A stretch of DNA of 64,000 bases from an uncultured delta proteobacterium (GTDB lineage Bacteria > Myxococcota_A > UBA9160 > SZUA-336): the NCBI GenBank assembly GCA_963707945.1, contig CAVPRM010000002.1, positions 1,768,617 to 1,832,616 on the forward strand. Direction: 5' to 3'. The notes under the pieces were generated by a model that was given only the letters and a program-made list of their open reading frames with translations, ran no database searches and had not been told where the DNA came from. The position numbers and the translations under genes are program-made. Within the stretch, counting starts at the first letter, position 1; each line of letters opens with the position of its first letter. Of this stretch, positions 18,298 to 28,197 are shown piece by piece.

Positions 18298-19214
18298 AGT
18301 GGCGGCACCTCGTTGGCGGAGTCCTGGACGACGGGTTTCCGCGGGGGCGCCGCACTCGCCGCTCCCTCGGCAGGCGGAGCGGGCAGGAGCACCGTGTACT
18401 TCGCGCGCATCGCCTTGTACGCGTCCTCGCGGGCGCGTTCCTTCTGCTCGCCGAGCCACGCCGTCTTCACGTCGGACTCGACCTCCTCGAACGCGGGCAC
18501 GCGCCCGGGAACCACGGTGTCGACGAAGACCAGGTGCCAGCCGTAGCCGGACTCGATCGGCCCCTGCCAGGAGCCCGGCGCGAGCTTCTCGACCGCGACC
18601 GCGAACGGCGGCCCGAACTCCTTCGCCAGCTCACTGGAGGTCCGGTCGGCGTAGTAGTCCTGGAACATGAACGGGTCCGCGAGTGCGGCGGCGAGCTTCG
18701 CGTCCTGCGGCTGGCCGGCGAGCTTCTCGAGCGCCGCCACCGCATCGTCGTGCGCGCGCGCGCCGCGCCGGTCCGAGCCGAAGTAGACGTGCCGGAAGCT
18801 CACGCGGCTCGGCAGCGCGAACTTGTCGCCGTTCTTCTCGAACCACGCGCGCAGCTCGTCGCTGGTGGGCTCTCGCGCCGCCGCTACATCCTCGGCGAGG
18901 AACTGCATCTTCTGCGCCATCCGCCGCCGGACGATCGTGTCGTCCTTGTCGAGGCCCATCGCGAGCGCCTCGCGGTACAGCACCTCCTCCTGGATCTTGT
19001 CCTCGACCATCCGATCGAGCTCCTCGGGCGTGGGCGGCCGGCGCCACTGCGACTCGAAGTAGACCTCGAGCTGCGACAGGTCGTCGAACGTGAGTTGGAT
19101 CTGGTGCGAGGGCTCGACGCCGCTCGAGCCGCGGCTCGCCCAGTGGTGGAAGCCGAAGATCACGGCGCCGAGCAGCAGGAAGTGGAGCAGCGGCTCGCGG
19201 AGGAGGCGTCTCAT
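18294..19214 (-). CDS. Membrane-anchored PpiC/parvulin-type peptidyl-prolyl isomerase-like protein
   Basis: 306-aa ORF with an N-terminal anchor ([14 protein letters not shown]). SurA/PpiC-like helical region, then a rotamase-like part (VSFRHVYF...[18 protein letters not shown]). Confidence 0.75.
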   Translation of the reverse strand: MRRLLREPLLHFLLLGAVIFGFHHWASRGSSGVEPSHQIQLTFDDLSQLEVYFESQWRRPPTPEELDRMVEDKIQEEVLYREALAMGLDKDDTIVRRRMAQKMQFLAEDVAAAREPTSDELRAWFEKNGDKFALPSRVSFRHVYFGSDRRGARAHDDAVAALEKLAGQPQDAKLAAALADPFMFQDYYADRTSSELAKEFGPPFAVAVEKLAPGSWQGPIESGYGWHLVFVDTVVPGRVPAFEEVESDVKTAWLGEQKERAREDAYKAMRAKYTVLLPAPPAEGAASAAPPRKPVVQDSANEVPPL

Positions 19215-19229
19215 GGTGCTGGCAGGAGC

Positions 19230-21803
19230 TTACAGTTCCGATTCGACCTTCTTCAGCGCCTTCTCGGCCATCTCCTCGATCATCTTCCGCCGCATCTCCT
19301 CGCGCATGGCCTGGAACTTCTGCTGCTGGTCCGGGTTGAGCAGCGGCGAGATCTTCTCGTCGAAGGAGACGCCGAGCTTCCGCAACGCTTCCACCTTCTC
19401 CACGGCGCCGAGGGAGGCGTTCTTCTTCAGCGCCCCCAGCTGCTGCAGCTCCTGCTTGAAGAGCGGAACGATCTGCTTCTTCTGCTCGTCCGTCAGCCCC
19501 AGCTCGAGCGAGAACTGGTTCGACATCGCAATCAGCGGGTTCGCCGCTATCTGCGGCGCCGGAATGATCTCGTAGTTGGCGTAGCCGAACTCGTCGCTGC
19601 GCGCGGCATAGTAGGTATCGCCGAGCTTGTAGAAGGTCAGCGCGTATGGCTGCTGCGAGACGAGGGTGACGAGCTTGCCGCCCTCGATATTGTAGGCGCT
19701 GGTCGTTCCCTTGTAGCCGCTGCCCTCGACGTTTCCGTAGCGGCTCGGCATGACGGCGTTCGCACCGAGTCGGAACACGATCGTCTGACCCTCGGCCGTG
19801 AAGTTCTGGCTGAACTGTTCTCCGGTCACGTCGTTCCGCAGCCAGAAGGCCTTGCCGACGACCAGCGCCTTCAGCTGCGCGTCACTCAGGGCGCTGGCCC
19901 CCTTCTTCTTCAGCTCGGTGACGCTCGTGCCCGTCGGAGCGTTCTTGCGCGCCTCGGCCGATGGCGTGTACCAGATCGGCGAGCTCCAGGCGCGTTCCTG
20001 CCCCGTGAGCGGAACCACGTCGGGCGGCGTCAGCCCGGACTTCACGGCCTGAATGAGCGTCCAGCGCGGCGTCGGGATCTCGAGCACCCGGGCGTAGTAG
20101 AACGCGTGCAGGCTCGGATCGAACTCGGGGTCGGTCCAAACCGTCTTGAGCTCCGTCGCGCTGGCGCTGCTGTTGGTGTACGTGGCCGTCGCGAGGTCCA
20201 CCGTGCTCTGGATCGCCGGCACCCGGCCGGTCCACTTGTCGGGCTTGCGGTCCCCAGACCACGCGACGTCGAAGATCTTCTCGAAGCTCTGGCCGTTCTG
20301 CGTCCAGCCCTTGATGACCTGGATGCGGTCGAGACTGGCGGAGGTCGGATCCTTCACTGCCCAGACGACGAAGCGCGGCGCCGTGCCCTTGCCGCCCGAA
20401 GGCATCGGCGGCAGATCCGCGCCCATCGGCACGCCGCCGGCGTAGGACTGCTTCACCCAGTCGCTGGCGTTCAGGATGTCGCTGCCGTAGCCCCAGCCGC
20501 CGAAGAAGCGCACCTTGATGTGCGGACCGCTGACGCCGAACGTTTCCTTGCGGTACATCGCGTCGAACAGCGAAGCCCGCGTGTTCTCCTCGGCCCACAC
20601 GCCGGTCAGCCCGCCAGGGTTCTCCAGCCGCACGTCCATCGTGCCGCCAATCAGTACGCCGGCAAAGCGTCGCTCGACCGTCGCGTCGGCGTCCGCGTGC
20701 AGGCCGTAGAAGTTGTCCTGACGGTACGGACTGCCGGTGTTGTGCGAGTCGGAGCCGGCGGCCATGCCGAACTTGTACGGGTTGTAGCCGCGCACGTCCT
20801 GCAGGGTGATGCCGTCTTTGTACGCCTGGCGCGCGAAGCTGCCCGCGATGTGGTCGATGCGGCCGACGTTGGCCGGAAGGCCCAGCAGAGCCTGATACAG
20901 CTCGTAGCTGGCGAACTCGTCGTTGGGCGACAGCAAGGGATGCGTCTCCGATTGACCCTTGCCCTGCTTGATCTCGACCAGGCGCTCGTTGCGGTCGCGC
21001 GCGGCCGCCCAGGCGGCGTCGATCGGCCGCCCGGTGGTGTTGTCGACGTCGACCGGGTACATCCAGCCGTCGCTGACGTTGGCGTTGTGCGAGATCGCGA
21101 GCAGCTCGTTGCCGGCCTTGCGCTGCGCGTCCATCCAGTTCCACAGCTCCGTTGGGCGATTGGAGTCGAGCGAGCTGAACGGATAGTCCGGGACCTTGTC
21201 GCAGGCTCGGAAGAAGACGTTGCGGTGCAGGTTGCGGTTGCCCGGCATCGACGTCCACTCGTACGAGCAGAACGCGGTGAACTTGCCGGGATGGTTGTTC
21301 TCGTCGGCGATCTTGACGTTCTCCTTCCACACGGTGGAAGTGATCTTCGGGTCCATGAGCGCCTTCACCGGTGCGCCTGCGTTGAGCTTGAGCAGATACG
21401 AGAAAACCTTCTGGACGTCTGCCTGGTCGTTCGGGTCCTTCAGAATGAGCGGCTGCGCCTCGGGCAGCTTGCTCACGTAGGAGCCCGGCGTGTTGGCCTG
21501 CTTGGTAACGCCGACATACTCCGAGTGATCGGTCACGCCCATGAAGTCGAGCGGCGTGTCGATCTTGATGTCGTAGCCGAGCGGGTGCTTGATCGTCTCG
21601 CCCTGGGCGTACTTGTATGCTTCGTCCGGGCCGGTGATGCGGTTGCCCATGACCCAGGCATCGACCGACCAGCTGGTGTGGATGTGCTCCTCGCCGAAGT
21701 AGGCGTTGCGCTCGGGGTTCGGACTCTGCGCGCGCGCCGAACCGGCGCCCAGCACTAGTGCGAACGCTGCGAGCACGGAGCAAGGCAAAGCAAGCGACCT
21801 CAT
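19230..21803 (-). CDS. Secreted DUF3604 family protein (PHP-like metal site) with a long C-terminal extension
   Basis: 857-aa ORF with signal [43 protein letters not shown] is a PHP-type H-x-H, and GVTDHSEY and AISHNANVS are DUF3604-like blocks as I recall them. The C-terminal tail carries LTDEQ and LNPDQ motifs. Confidence 0.8.
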   Translation of the reverse strand: MRSLALPCSVLAAFALVLGAGSARAQSPNPERNAYFGEEHIHTSWSVDAWVMGNRITGPDEAYKYAQGETIKHPLGYDIKIDTPLDFMGVTDHSEYVGVTKQANTPGSYVSKLPEAQPLILKDPNDQADVQKVFSYLLKLNAGAPVKALMDPKITSTVWKENVKIADENNHPGKFTAFCSYEWTSMPGNRNLHRNVFFRACDKVPDYPFSSLDSNRPTELWNWMDAQRKAGNELLAISHNANVSDGWMYPVDVDNTTGRPIDAAWAAARDRNERLVEIKQGKGQSETHPLLSPNDEFASYELYQALLGLPANVGRIDHIAGSFARQAYKDGITLQDVRGYNPYKFGMAAGSDSHNTGSPYRQDNFYGLHADADATVERRFAGVLIGGTMDVRLENPGGLTGVWAEENTRASLFDAMYRKETFGVSGPHIKVRFFGGWGYGSDILNASDWVKQSYAGGVPMGADLPPMPSGGKGTAPRFVVWAVKDPTSASLDRIQVIKGWTQNGQSFEKIFDVAWSGDRKPDKWTGRVPAIQSTVDLATATYTNSSASATELKTVWTDPEFDPSLHAFYYARVLEIPTPRWTLIQAVKSGLTPPDVVPLTGQERAWSSPIWYTPSAEARKNAPTGTSVTELKKKGASALSDAQLKALVVGKAFWLRNDVTGEQFSQNFTAEGQTIVFRLGANAVMPSRYGNVEGSGYKGTTSAYNIEGGKLVTLVSQQPYALTFYKLGDTYYAARSDEFGYANYEIIPAPQIAANPLIAMSNQFSLELGLTDEQKKQIVPLFKQELQQLGALKKNASLGAVEKVEALRKLGVSFDEKISPLLNPDQQQKFQAMREEMRRKMIEEMAEKALKKVESEL

Positions 21804-22198
21804 GGAGATCCTCCTCTAGTCGAGCGCAGGGTCAGCAGCACGGCCAGAACACCGTGCGCCGTCACCGCGGGCCACGGTACCACGCCGACTTCGGCACTGC
21901 GCAGTCCGTGTTGGAGCAGATACAGCGCGCACAGCGCGCTGAACGCCGACATCGCCTGCACGGCGGAGCCCCTCACCGCTGGCTCGCGCGGCCACACCGC
22001 CCAAACGAGCGACAGCAAGGAGAAGCCGCCGAGCCGCGCCAGCCCGCTGCCGGCCGCGTCGAGCTCTCCGCCGAGCAAGAGAGCGGCGAAGAGCGACGGC
22101 GCGAGAATCAGTGTCATGCCCGTGACCACCTCGATCCCTGCTGCGAGCTGTACGAGCGACCGCGCGGAGATCAGAAGTGCTTTCGGATCTTCGCCCAT
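21800..22198 (-). CDS. Small integral membrane protein, unknown function
   Basis: 132-aa ORF with about four hydrophobic segments. GAAGGAG RBS in the 15-nt gap after the sulfatase stop. Its stop overlaps the DUF3604 start (ATGA). Confidence 0.5.
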   Translation of the reverse strand: MGEDPKALLISARSLVQLAAGIEVVTGMTLILAPSLFAALLLGGELDAAGSGLARLGGFSLLSLVWAVWPREPAVRGSAVQAMSAFSALCALYLLQHGLRSAEVGVVPWPAVTAHGVLAVLLTLRSTRGGSP

Positions 22199-22213
22199 GG
22201 CGACTCCTTCGGG

Positions 22214-24718
22214 TCAGTCAGCCTTCGCCTTCTCCAGCATCGCCGCCTTGAGCCGCTTGATGTCGTCCGGCGAGAGCTGTGGGCGGTCGACCTTGATCGT
22301 CAGCTTGTTGAACTTGGCGGTCAGCGGGAACGGCGGCTGGTAGTCCGCGTCGTTCACGCCCGTGAGGGTGTCGGAGCCGATGTCGAAGCTCTCGTCCCAC
22401 TGCAGGATCATCGGCAGCGTGCGCTCCATCCGCTTCGTCGCGACCTCCACGCCGTCCACCTTCAGCGTTCCGGTGCCCGGCTGCGCGAGGCCGGTGAAGC
22501 TGTTGAACTCGAGCGTCCCGACGCCGATCCCGTCGTACTTGAAGTCGAACTCGACCTTGTGCGGCCCCGGCGTCAGCGCCTCGGCCCCCTCCCACTTCAC
22601 GCGCTCGAGGTCGACTAGATTCCACAAGAACACCGGCTTGCTTTTGAGCAGGTAGAAGCCGTAGCCGGCGAAGCGCCCGCCCGAGGTCAGGATCATGCCT
22701 TCGGCGCCGCCCTGCGGCACGTCGAGGTCGGCCGTGATCGTGTACGAGGTGTCGAGCAGCAGCGGCGAATCGCCTTGCGGCAGTCCCACCATCGGACGGG
22801 TGTAGACGAACTCCCTGCGCCCGGCGGTGATGTTCGGGCGCGGCGCGATGACCCGAGCGGCCACCGACGCGTCCATCGGGAAGACCTGGTACTTCTTGGC
22901 CTCCGCGATGAACAGCTTCTTCAGCTCCGCGACCTTCCGCGGATTCGCGGCGGCGACGTTCTCGCTCTGGCTGAAGTCCTTGTTCAGATCGTAGAGCTCG
23001 AGCACCTGGTTGTTGAGCGGATCCGGATTGGCCGCACCGAACGCTTCCCAAGGCGCGCGATTGACCTTCGTGCTGAGGAACCAGCCGTCGTGGTACAGCG
23101 CCCACTGGCCCATCATCTCGAAGTACTGGGTCTGGTGGTGCGACGGCACCTTGGCGTTCTTCCCGTCGAATGTGTACGCGAAGCTCGTGCCTTCGATCGG
23201 CGCCTGCTTGATGCCGTCGACGAGCTCGGGCGCGCGGATGCCCGCAGCCTCGAGGATCGTCGGCACGACGTCGATGACGTGCACGAACTGCTCGCGCAGG
23301 CCACCCTTGTCGCGAATGCGCGCCGGCCACGACACGACCATGTTCTGGTTCGTGCCGCCGAGCTGCGAGGCGTTCTGCTTGAACCACGAGAACGGCGTGT
23401 CGAAGGCCCACGACCAGCCGGCGGACATGTGGTTGTACGTCTGCTCGGTGCCCCAGACGTCGTAGAACTTCATCTGCACGTCGACGGGCACGCTGATGCC
23501 GTTGAAGAACGCGACCTCGTTCGGCGTGCCGAGCGGCCCGCCCTCGGCGCTCGTGCCGTTGTCGCCGTTGATGTAGATGATCAGCGTGTTGTCGAGCTGC
23601 CCGATGTCGTCGACGGCCTGGATCACGCGCCCGATCTCGCTGTCACTGTATGCGGCGTAGGCGGCGAAGACCTCGACCTGACGGATGTAGAGCTTCTTCT
23701 CGTCGTCCGACAGCTGGTCCCAGTCCTTGAGCATCTCCTTCGGCCAGGGCGAGAGCTTCGCGTCCTTCGGGATGACGCCGAGCCGCTTCTGGTTCTCGAA
23801 GATCCGCTCGCGCAGCTTGTTCCAGCCATCGTCGAACAGGTGCATCGCGTGAATCTTGTCCACCCACTCCTTGGTCGGGTGGTGCGGCGCGTGCGTGGCG
23901 CCCGGCGCGTACTTGATCAAGAACGGCTTGCTCGGATCGATCTGATGCAGCCGGGTCATCCAGTCGATCGCATCGTCCGCCATCGCGGTGACCAGGTTCC
24001 ACGTTCCGGGCGGCTTGCCGAGGAACGGATAGATCTGTGTCGTGTTGCGGAAGAGGTTCGGCTCCCACTGGTTGGCGTCGCCGCCGACGAAGCCGTAGAA
24101 GTACTCGAAGCCCATTCCCGTCGGCCACTGATCGAACGGGCCCGACTGGCTCGCGGCGAACGCCGGCGTGTTGTGGTCCTTGCCGAACCAGGCGGTGCTG
24201 TAGCCGTTCTCGAGCAGGATCCGGCCGATGGTCGCCTTGTCCTTGGCGATGATGCTGTTGTAGCCGGGGAAGCCCGTCGCCTGCTCGGAGATGACGCCGA
24301 AGCCGGCGGAGTGATGATTGCGCCCGGTGATCAGCGCCGCGCGCGTCGGCGAGCACAGCGCGGTGGAGAACATTCGGTTGTAGCGCAGCCCCTGCTGCGC
24401 GAGGCGGTCCATCGCAGGCGTCGGAATCACGCCGCCGAAAGTGCTGGGGACCCCGAAGCCGGCGTCGTCGGTGATGATGAGCAGGACGTTCGGCGCACCC
24501 TTCGGCGGCACGACCCGCGGCGCCCACCACGGCTTCGACTGCAGCGCATCCTCCTTGATCACGCCGCCGAACTTCGGGTCCGGTGGCGGAAGCTGTTTCC
24601 CGTCGATGGGAGCGGAGGCGCCAGGCGAGCCGATCGGATTCGTCTGCTGCGCCCGAGCCTCGGCGGACCAGAGGACGCACACCGTGACGAAGCCGGCTGA
24701 GATCTTGACGAACTTCAC
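22214..24718 (-). CDS. Arylsulfatase (Cys-type, formylglycine-dependent sulfatase family)
   Basis: Large ORF with NVLLIITDDAGFG and the CSPTRAALITGRNHH sulfatase signature (C-x-P-x-R). Start assigned to GTG 24716-24718 (signal VKFVKISAGFVTVCVLWSAEARA), with GGAGG 8 nt upstream, rather than the track ATG at 24808. Confidence 0.9.
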   Translation of the reverse strand: MKFVKISAGFVTVCVLWSAEARAQQTNPIGSPGASAPIDGKQLPPPDPKFGGVIKEDALQSKPWWAPRVVPPKGAPNVLLIITDDAGFGVPSTFGGVIPTPAMDRLAQQGLRYNRMFSTALCSPTRAALITGRNHHSAGFGVISEQATGFPGYNSIIAKDKATIGRILLENGYSTAWFGKDHNTPAFAASQSGPFDQWPTGMGFEYFYGFVGGDANQWEPNLFRNTTQIYPFLGKPPGTWNLVTAMADDAIDWMTRLHQIDPSKPFLIKYAPGATHAPHHPTKEWVDKIHAMHLFDDGWNKLRERIFENQKRLGVIPKDAKLSPWPKEMLKDWDQLSDDEKKLYIRQVEVFAAYAAYSDSEIGRVIQAVDDIGQLDNTLIIYINGDNGTSAEGGPLGTPNEVAFFNGISVPVDVQMKFYDVWGTEQTYNHMSAGWSWAFDTPFSWFKQNASQLGGTNQNMVVSWPARIRDKGGLREQFVHVIDVVPTILEAAGIRAPELVDGIKQAPIEGTSFAYTFDGKNAKVPSHHQTQYFEMMGQWALYHDGWFLSTKVNRAPWEAFGAANPDPLNNQVLELYDLNKDFSQSENVAAANPRKVAELKKLFIAEAKKYQVFPMDASVAARVIAPRPNITAGRREFVYTRPMVGLPQGDSPLLLDTSYTITADLDVPQGGAEGMILTSGGRFAGYGFYLLKSKPVFLWNLVDLERVKWEGAEALTPGPHKVEFDFKYDGIGVGTLEFNSFTGLAQPGTGTLKVDGVEVATKRMERTLPMILQWDESFDIGSDTLTGVNDADYQPPFPLTAKFNKLTIKVDRPQLSPDDIKRLKAAMLEKAKAD

Positions 24719-24819
24719 GGATGCAACCTCCCGCGTGGAACCAGCGGAGATCTTCACACGCTCTGCAGCGAGCGGCCTGTCAATTTCCGCCAGCGACGCT
24801 GCTAGCATGGAGCCTCGAG

Positions 24820-25791
24820 ATGCAGCCCGTCCCCCTCTTTAGAGCCAGCGCGCTCCGCCCGCTGTTGAGCTACGTCGAACGGACCGGTCTGCGTCCGGCG
24901 CGGGTGTTCGGCAGGGCGTTCGCCGTGCTGCAGGCGGCGGACAGGCTTCTGCCGCTCTCCGAGGGCGGGCGCGCGTTCGAAGCTGCGGCGAACGAGTGCG
25001 GCTCGGATCTGGGCCTGCAGCTGGGTGGACGCACGCGCGTCGAGGCGATCGAGTTCGGCGCCCTCGTGAGAACTGCGGGGACGGTGCATGAGGCTCTCGG
25101 TCTCATCGTGCGGCACGGATCGCGCTTCAACACCGGGCAGCGCTTCTCGATCGCGTTTCGCGGCGACGACGTCTGGCTGCACCACCGGCTCGCCGCATCA
25201 CTCGTGCGCGGCCGCGTACAGACGCGCGACTTCGCGCTGTCGATCCTGCTCGGCCTGCTGCGCCTGGGCGCGGGCGCGGGCTGGCGGCCGGCGGAGCTCC
25301 ACCTCGATGGCCCCGCTCCCGCCCACGCCGAGCAGCTGGCCGCGCTGGCCGAGCGCTCGACACACTTCGGCCCCTCGAATGCGATCGTGTTCCCGAAGCA
25401 CGTGCTCGCCCTGCGCATCCCGCGCGGCGTAGCACTTCCTGCGCCGAGCGGCGGCGAGCTTCCTTCGCCGGACGGCGCGACTTCACTGCGACAGGCGATC
25501 GAAGCGCTCCTGCCTCTCGGCAACGTCGACGCCGCGACTGCGGCCGAGGCCGCGGGCTCGAGCCTGCGCTCGTTCCAGCGCCGCCTCTTCGAGGCTCGGG
25601 TCAGCTTCCGCGACCTTCTCCAGCAGGTCCGGCGCGACGCCGCGCTGCGCATGCTGGCCGACCCCGCCGTGAAGGTAATCGAGATCGCGGGCGCGCTCGG
25701 CTACACCGACGCGGGCAACTTCACGCGCGCGTTCCGGAGCTGGACGGGACTCTCGCCCCAGGAGTTCCGCCGGACGTCGCTGGCGGCCTGA
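24820..25791 (+). CDS. AraC-family transcriptional regulator (N-terminal ligand/arabinose-binding-like domain)
   Basis: Internal ATG 24820 (MQPVPLFRASALRPLLSYVE...). The C-terminal HTH part is VIEIAGALGYTDAGNFTRAFRSWTGLSPQEFR. Divergent from the sulfatase across a 101-bp gap. Confidence 0.85.
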   Translation: MQPVPLFRASALRPLLSYVERTGLRPARVFGRAFAVLQAADRLLPLSEGGRAFEAAANECGSDLGLQLGGRTRVEAIEFGALVRTAGTVHEALGLIVRHGSRFNTGQRFSIAFRGDDVWLHHRLAASLVRGRVQTRDFALSILLGLLRLGAGAGWRPAELHLDGPAPAHAEQLAALAERSTHFGPSNAIVFPKHVLALRIPRGVALPAPSGGELPSPDGATSLRQAIEALLPLGNVDAATAAEAAGSSLRSFQRRLFEARVSFRDLLQQVRRDAALRMLADPAVKVIEIAGALGYTDAGNFTRAFRSWTGLSPQEFRRTSLAA

Positions 25792-25792
25792 G

Positions 25793-26245
25793 TCAGCTGC
25801 TCGACAGCCTGCGGAGGAAAGCGATCAGGTCCTTGATGCCCTGCTCGTTGATGACCCCACCCCACGGCGCCATCATCGGCGACTTCCCGACCGACGCGCC
25901 GCCCTTCGAGATCACCTGGTACAGGTGCTGATCGCTGAGCGACGCCATGAACACGTGGTCCGAGTGGTTCGCGGGCTTCGGATTCAAGGTGCCCGCGACG
26001 GGCCCGTCGCCGTGACCGGTGGGGCCGTGACAGCTCGCGCAGTACTGCGCGTAGATGCGCGCGCCGCTCTGCGCGTCGCCGCGCAGGTTCCCGCTGGGAA
26101 CGACGGATGCGGGCGGAGTCGCTGGCGTGGGCGCGGGAGCCGACGGCGGCGTCGGCTGGGGCACCGGCGGCGGAGCTTCCTTCTGCGAGTCGCCGCACCC
26201 GGCGAGGAACGCGGCCGCGCACAGCGCCGCGAGCGCGCGCCTCAA
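25793..26245 (-). CDS. Cytochrome c lipoprotein (monoheme, class I-like)
   Basis: 150 aa from TTG 26243-26245 (TTGA overlap with the ctaB stop). Lipobox (M)RRALAALCAAAFLAGC, a Pro-rich linker, and heme motif CASCH with a distal PMMAPWG Met. Confidence 0.8.
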   Translation of the reverse strand: MRRALAALCAAAFLAGCGDSQKEAPPPVPQPTPPSAPAPTPATPPASVVPSGNLRGDAQSGARIYAQYCASCHGPTGHGDGPVAGTLNPKPANHSDHVFMASLSDQHLYQVISKGGASVGKSPMMAPWGGVINEQGIKDLIAFLRRLSSS

Positions 26246-27102
26246 GCGGCGCTCCGGACCACGAGATCGACGAGCATCGCGGCGAACGTCCCCATCAGGT
26301 AGACGAGCGAGACGCGGAAGGTGCGCCGCGCCGTCTCGCCGTCCTGGCGGCGCAGCAGCGCTACCGCCTGCGCGAAGAACCACACCCAGAGCGCCGTGGT
26401 CACGGCGCCGTAGCCCAGCCCGAGCATACCGAGCCAGACCGGCGCGAGCGTCACGGGCAGCAGGCTCGCGATCCAGACGAGGCTGCGCCGACACGTCGCG
26501 GTGTCGCCGATCCGGTCGAACAGCATCGGGAAGCCGGCGCGCGCGTAGTCGGCGCGGTGGTTCATCGCGATCGCGTAGAAGTGCGGCGGCTGCCACAGGA
26601 AGATGATCGCGAACAGGAGCCAGCCCGCGGCCGAGACGTGTCCGTCGGCGGCTGCGTCGGCGATGAGCGGCGCGATCGCGCCCGACACACCGCCGGCGAT
26701 CACCGCGAACGGCGTGCGCGGCTTGAGCCAGAGCGTGTACACGAACACGTAGAAGAGGATCGCGGCGAGCGCGATGCCGGCCGGCGCGGGACCCGCGGCG
26801 AGCCACAGGATGCCGGTGCCCAGCACCGACAGCACCAGCCCGAGCCAGAGCGCGCGCGCCGGCGAGAGCGTGCCCGCGGGCAGCGGCCGCGTCGCGGTGC
26901 GCGCCATGCGCGCGTCGCGCTCGCGCTCCAGGTAGCTGTTCAGCGCGTTCGCGGCGCCGGCGGCGAGCGCCGTCCCGAACAAGGTCCAGGCCGCGAGTCG
27001 AAGCGACGGCCAGCGCCCTTCGGCCATCACCAGCGCGGGCAGCCCCGAGAACAGCACGAGCGGCAGCAGCCGCGGCTTGGTCAGCGCCAGGTACGCATTC
27101 AC
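26242..27102 (-). CDS. ctaB: Protoheme IX farnesyltransferase (heme O synthase)
   Basis: 286 aa from GTG 27100-27102 (GTGA overlap with the ctaA stop). VNAYLALTKPRLLPLV, NALNSYLERERDARMARTATRPLPAG and LWQPPHFYAIAM are UbiA-type CyoE/CtaB motifs. Confidence 0.9.
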   Translation of the reverse strand: MNAYLALTKPRLLPLVLFSGLPALVMAEGRWPSLRLAAWTLFGTALAAGAANALNSYLERERDARMARTATRPLPAGTLSPARALWLGLVLSVLGTGILWLAAGPAPAGIALAAILFYVFVYTLWLKPRTPFAVIAGGVSGAIAPLIADAAADGHVSAAGWLLFAIIFLWQPPHFYAIAMNHRADYARAGFPMLFDRIGDTATCRRSLVWIASLLPVTLAPVWLGMLGLGYGAVTTALWVWFFAQAVALLRRQDGETARRTFRVSLVYLMGTFAAMLVDLVVRSAA

Positions 27103-28064
27103 CGCACGCCTCCGAGCGCGTGCGCGCGCGCCGGCGAGCCCTGACCCGTGACCGCACGCCCGGCCCGGCGCGCCTCGCGAACCACGAGGCCCGTCGTCAG
27201 CGCGATGCCCGCCGCGAGCGCGGAGTGCAGCGCGGTGATCTCGACGGGGACGCGCAGGAGCACGTTCGCCGCGCCGACACCGATCTGGATCATGACCAGG
27301 GCGAACGCGAGCTGCGCGAGCCGCCCGGCCCGACCCGCGTCGCGCAGCGACAGCGCGACCACCGCGACCGCGACCGCGAGCACGTACCCGTTCAAGCGAT
27401 GCAGCACGTGCAAGCCGACGGGGCCGGCAAACGTCGGCGCCAGCGAGTCGCCGTTGCAAAGCGGGAACGTCGCGCAAGCGAGCCCCGCGTAGTGGCTCGA
27501 GACGAGGCCGCCCAGCGCGAGCTGCAACACGACGAGTCCCGCCGCGGCGAACACGGCTTTGCGTTGCCGCGCGCCGAGCGCCGGCCGACCGACCGGCTCG
27601 TCCGCCGAAGCGTCCAGGAGGTCGCGCGACAGCCAGGCGAGCCCGAGCGCGAACGAGTTCCCGACCAGGAGGTGAGCCGTCACGGTCCAAGGCGCGAGCC
27701 CGAGCAGGACCGTGAGCCCGCCGAGAACCACCTGCGCGCCGAGCAGGCCGACCACGACGAGCAGCGGCGCCGCGAAGCGCGCGCGCAGCTCGCGCCGGCC
27801 GAGCACAGCAGCGGCGAGCGCGGCCACGCCGAGCGAGAGGGCTCCGGCGATCGCGCGGTGCCCCCACTCGAGGGCGATCTTCGCGTCGAAGTCCGGGACG
27901 ACCTGGCCGTGGCAGAGCGGCCAGTCCGGGCACGAGAGCCCCGCGCCGTGAGCGCGCACCAGCGCCCCGATCGCGATCAACGCCCACGCCGCGAGCGCGA
28001 GCGCCGCAGCGCCGCGTCCGGCGCGCCGCGCCGCCGTGCGCGCAGCGTCGGAGAGGGGCGTCAT
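27099..28064 (-). CDS. ctaA: Heme A synthase (COX15/CtaA family)
   Basis: 321-aa ORF. GAGLSCPDWPLCHG and GLACATFPLCNG paired-Cys loops plus conserved His in TM helices (EWGHR, TAHLL, VLHRL, ALHSAL). Confidence 0.85.
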   Translation of the reverse strand: MTPLSDAARTAARRAGRGAAALALAAWALIAIGALVRAHGAGLSCPDWPLCHGQVVPDFDAKIALEWGHRAIAGALSLGVAALAAAVLGRRELRARFAAPLLVVVGLLGAQVVLGGLTVLLGLAPWTVTAHLLVGNSFALGLAWLSRDLLDASADEPVGRPALGARQRKAVFAAAGLVVLQLALGGLVSSHYAGLACATFPLCNGDSLAPTFAGPVGLHVLHRLNGYVLAVAVAVVALSLRDAGRAGRLAQLAFALVMIQIGVGAANVLLRVPVEITALHSALAAGIALTTGLVVREARRAGRAVTGQGSPARAHALGGVR

Positions 28065-28197
28065 CTCAGCCGATTCCTTTCACCCGGGAGGCAGCCGAGG
28101 AACGGTCCCCCTGCCCCCGCGATGCCGGCGCGCAGGTTACTGGCGGCCCTGGGCAAGTTCAAGCGAACCGCCTCGCTGCAACGCTGGGTTGCGCCCG

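Noticed and set aside
18534-21758. 1074-aa + strand ORF antisense to the PPIase and DUF3604 genes, and the 641-aa ORF 22775..24700 antisense to the sulfatase.
   Set aside because: Low-complexity Arg/Leu/Val/Asp composition with no recognisable domains. The opposite strand carries strongly supported genes.
19230-24718. Lower GC in the DUF3604 and sulfatase genes (spot counts 57-63% on seven 60-nt lines versus about 72% in flanks), considered as a sign of a horizontally acquired island.
   Set aside because: A similar dip occurs in the ACAD10-like gene (47.9-49.1 kb). There are no mobility genes, tRNA or direct repeats at the borders, and the genes are translationally coupled to GC-rich neighbours. 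Amino-acid composition of secreted enzymes (Lys, Asn, Tyr, Phe) can explain the dip. This needs a proper sliding-window and codon-position analysis.
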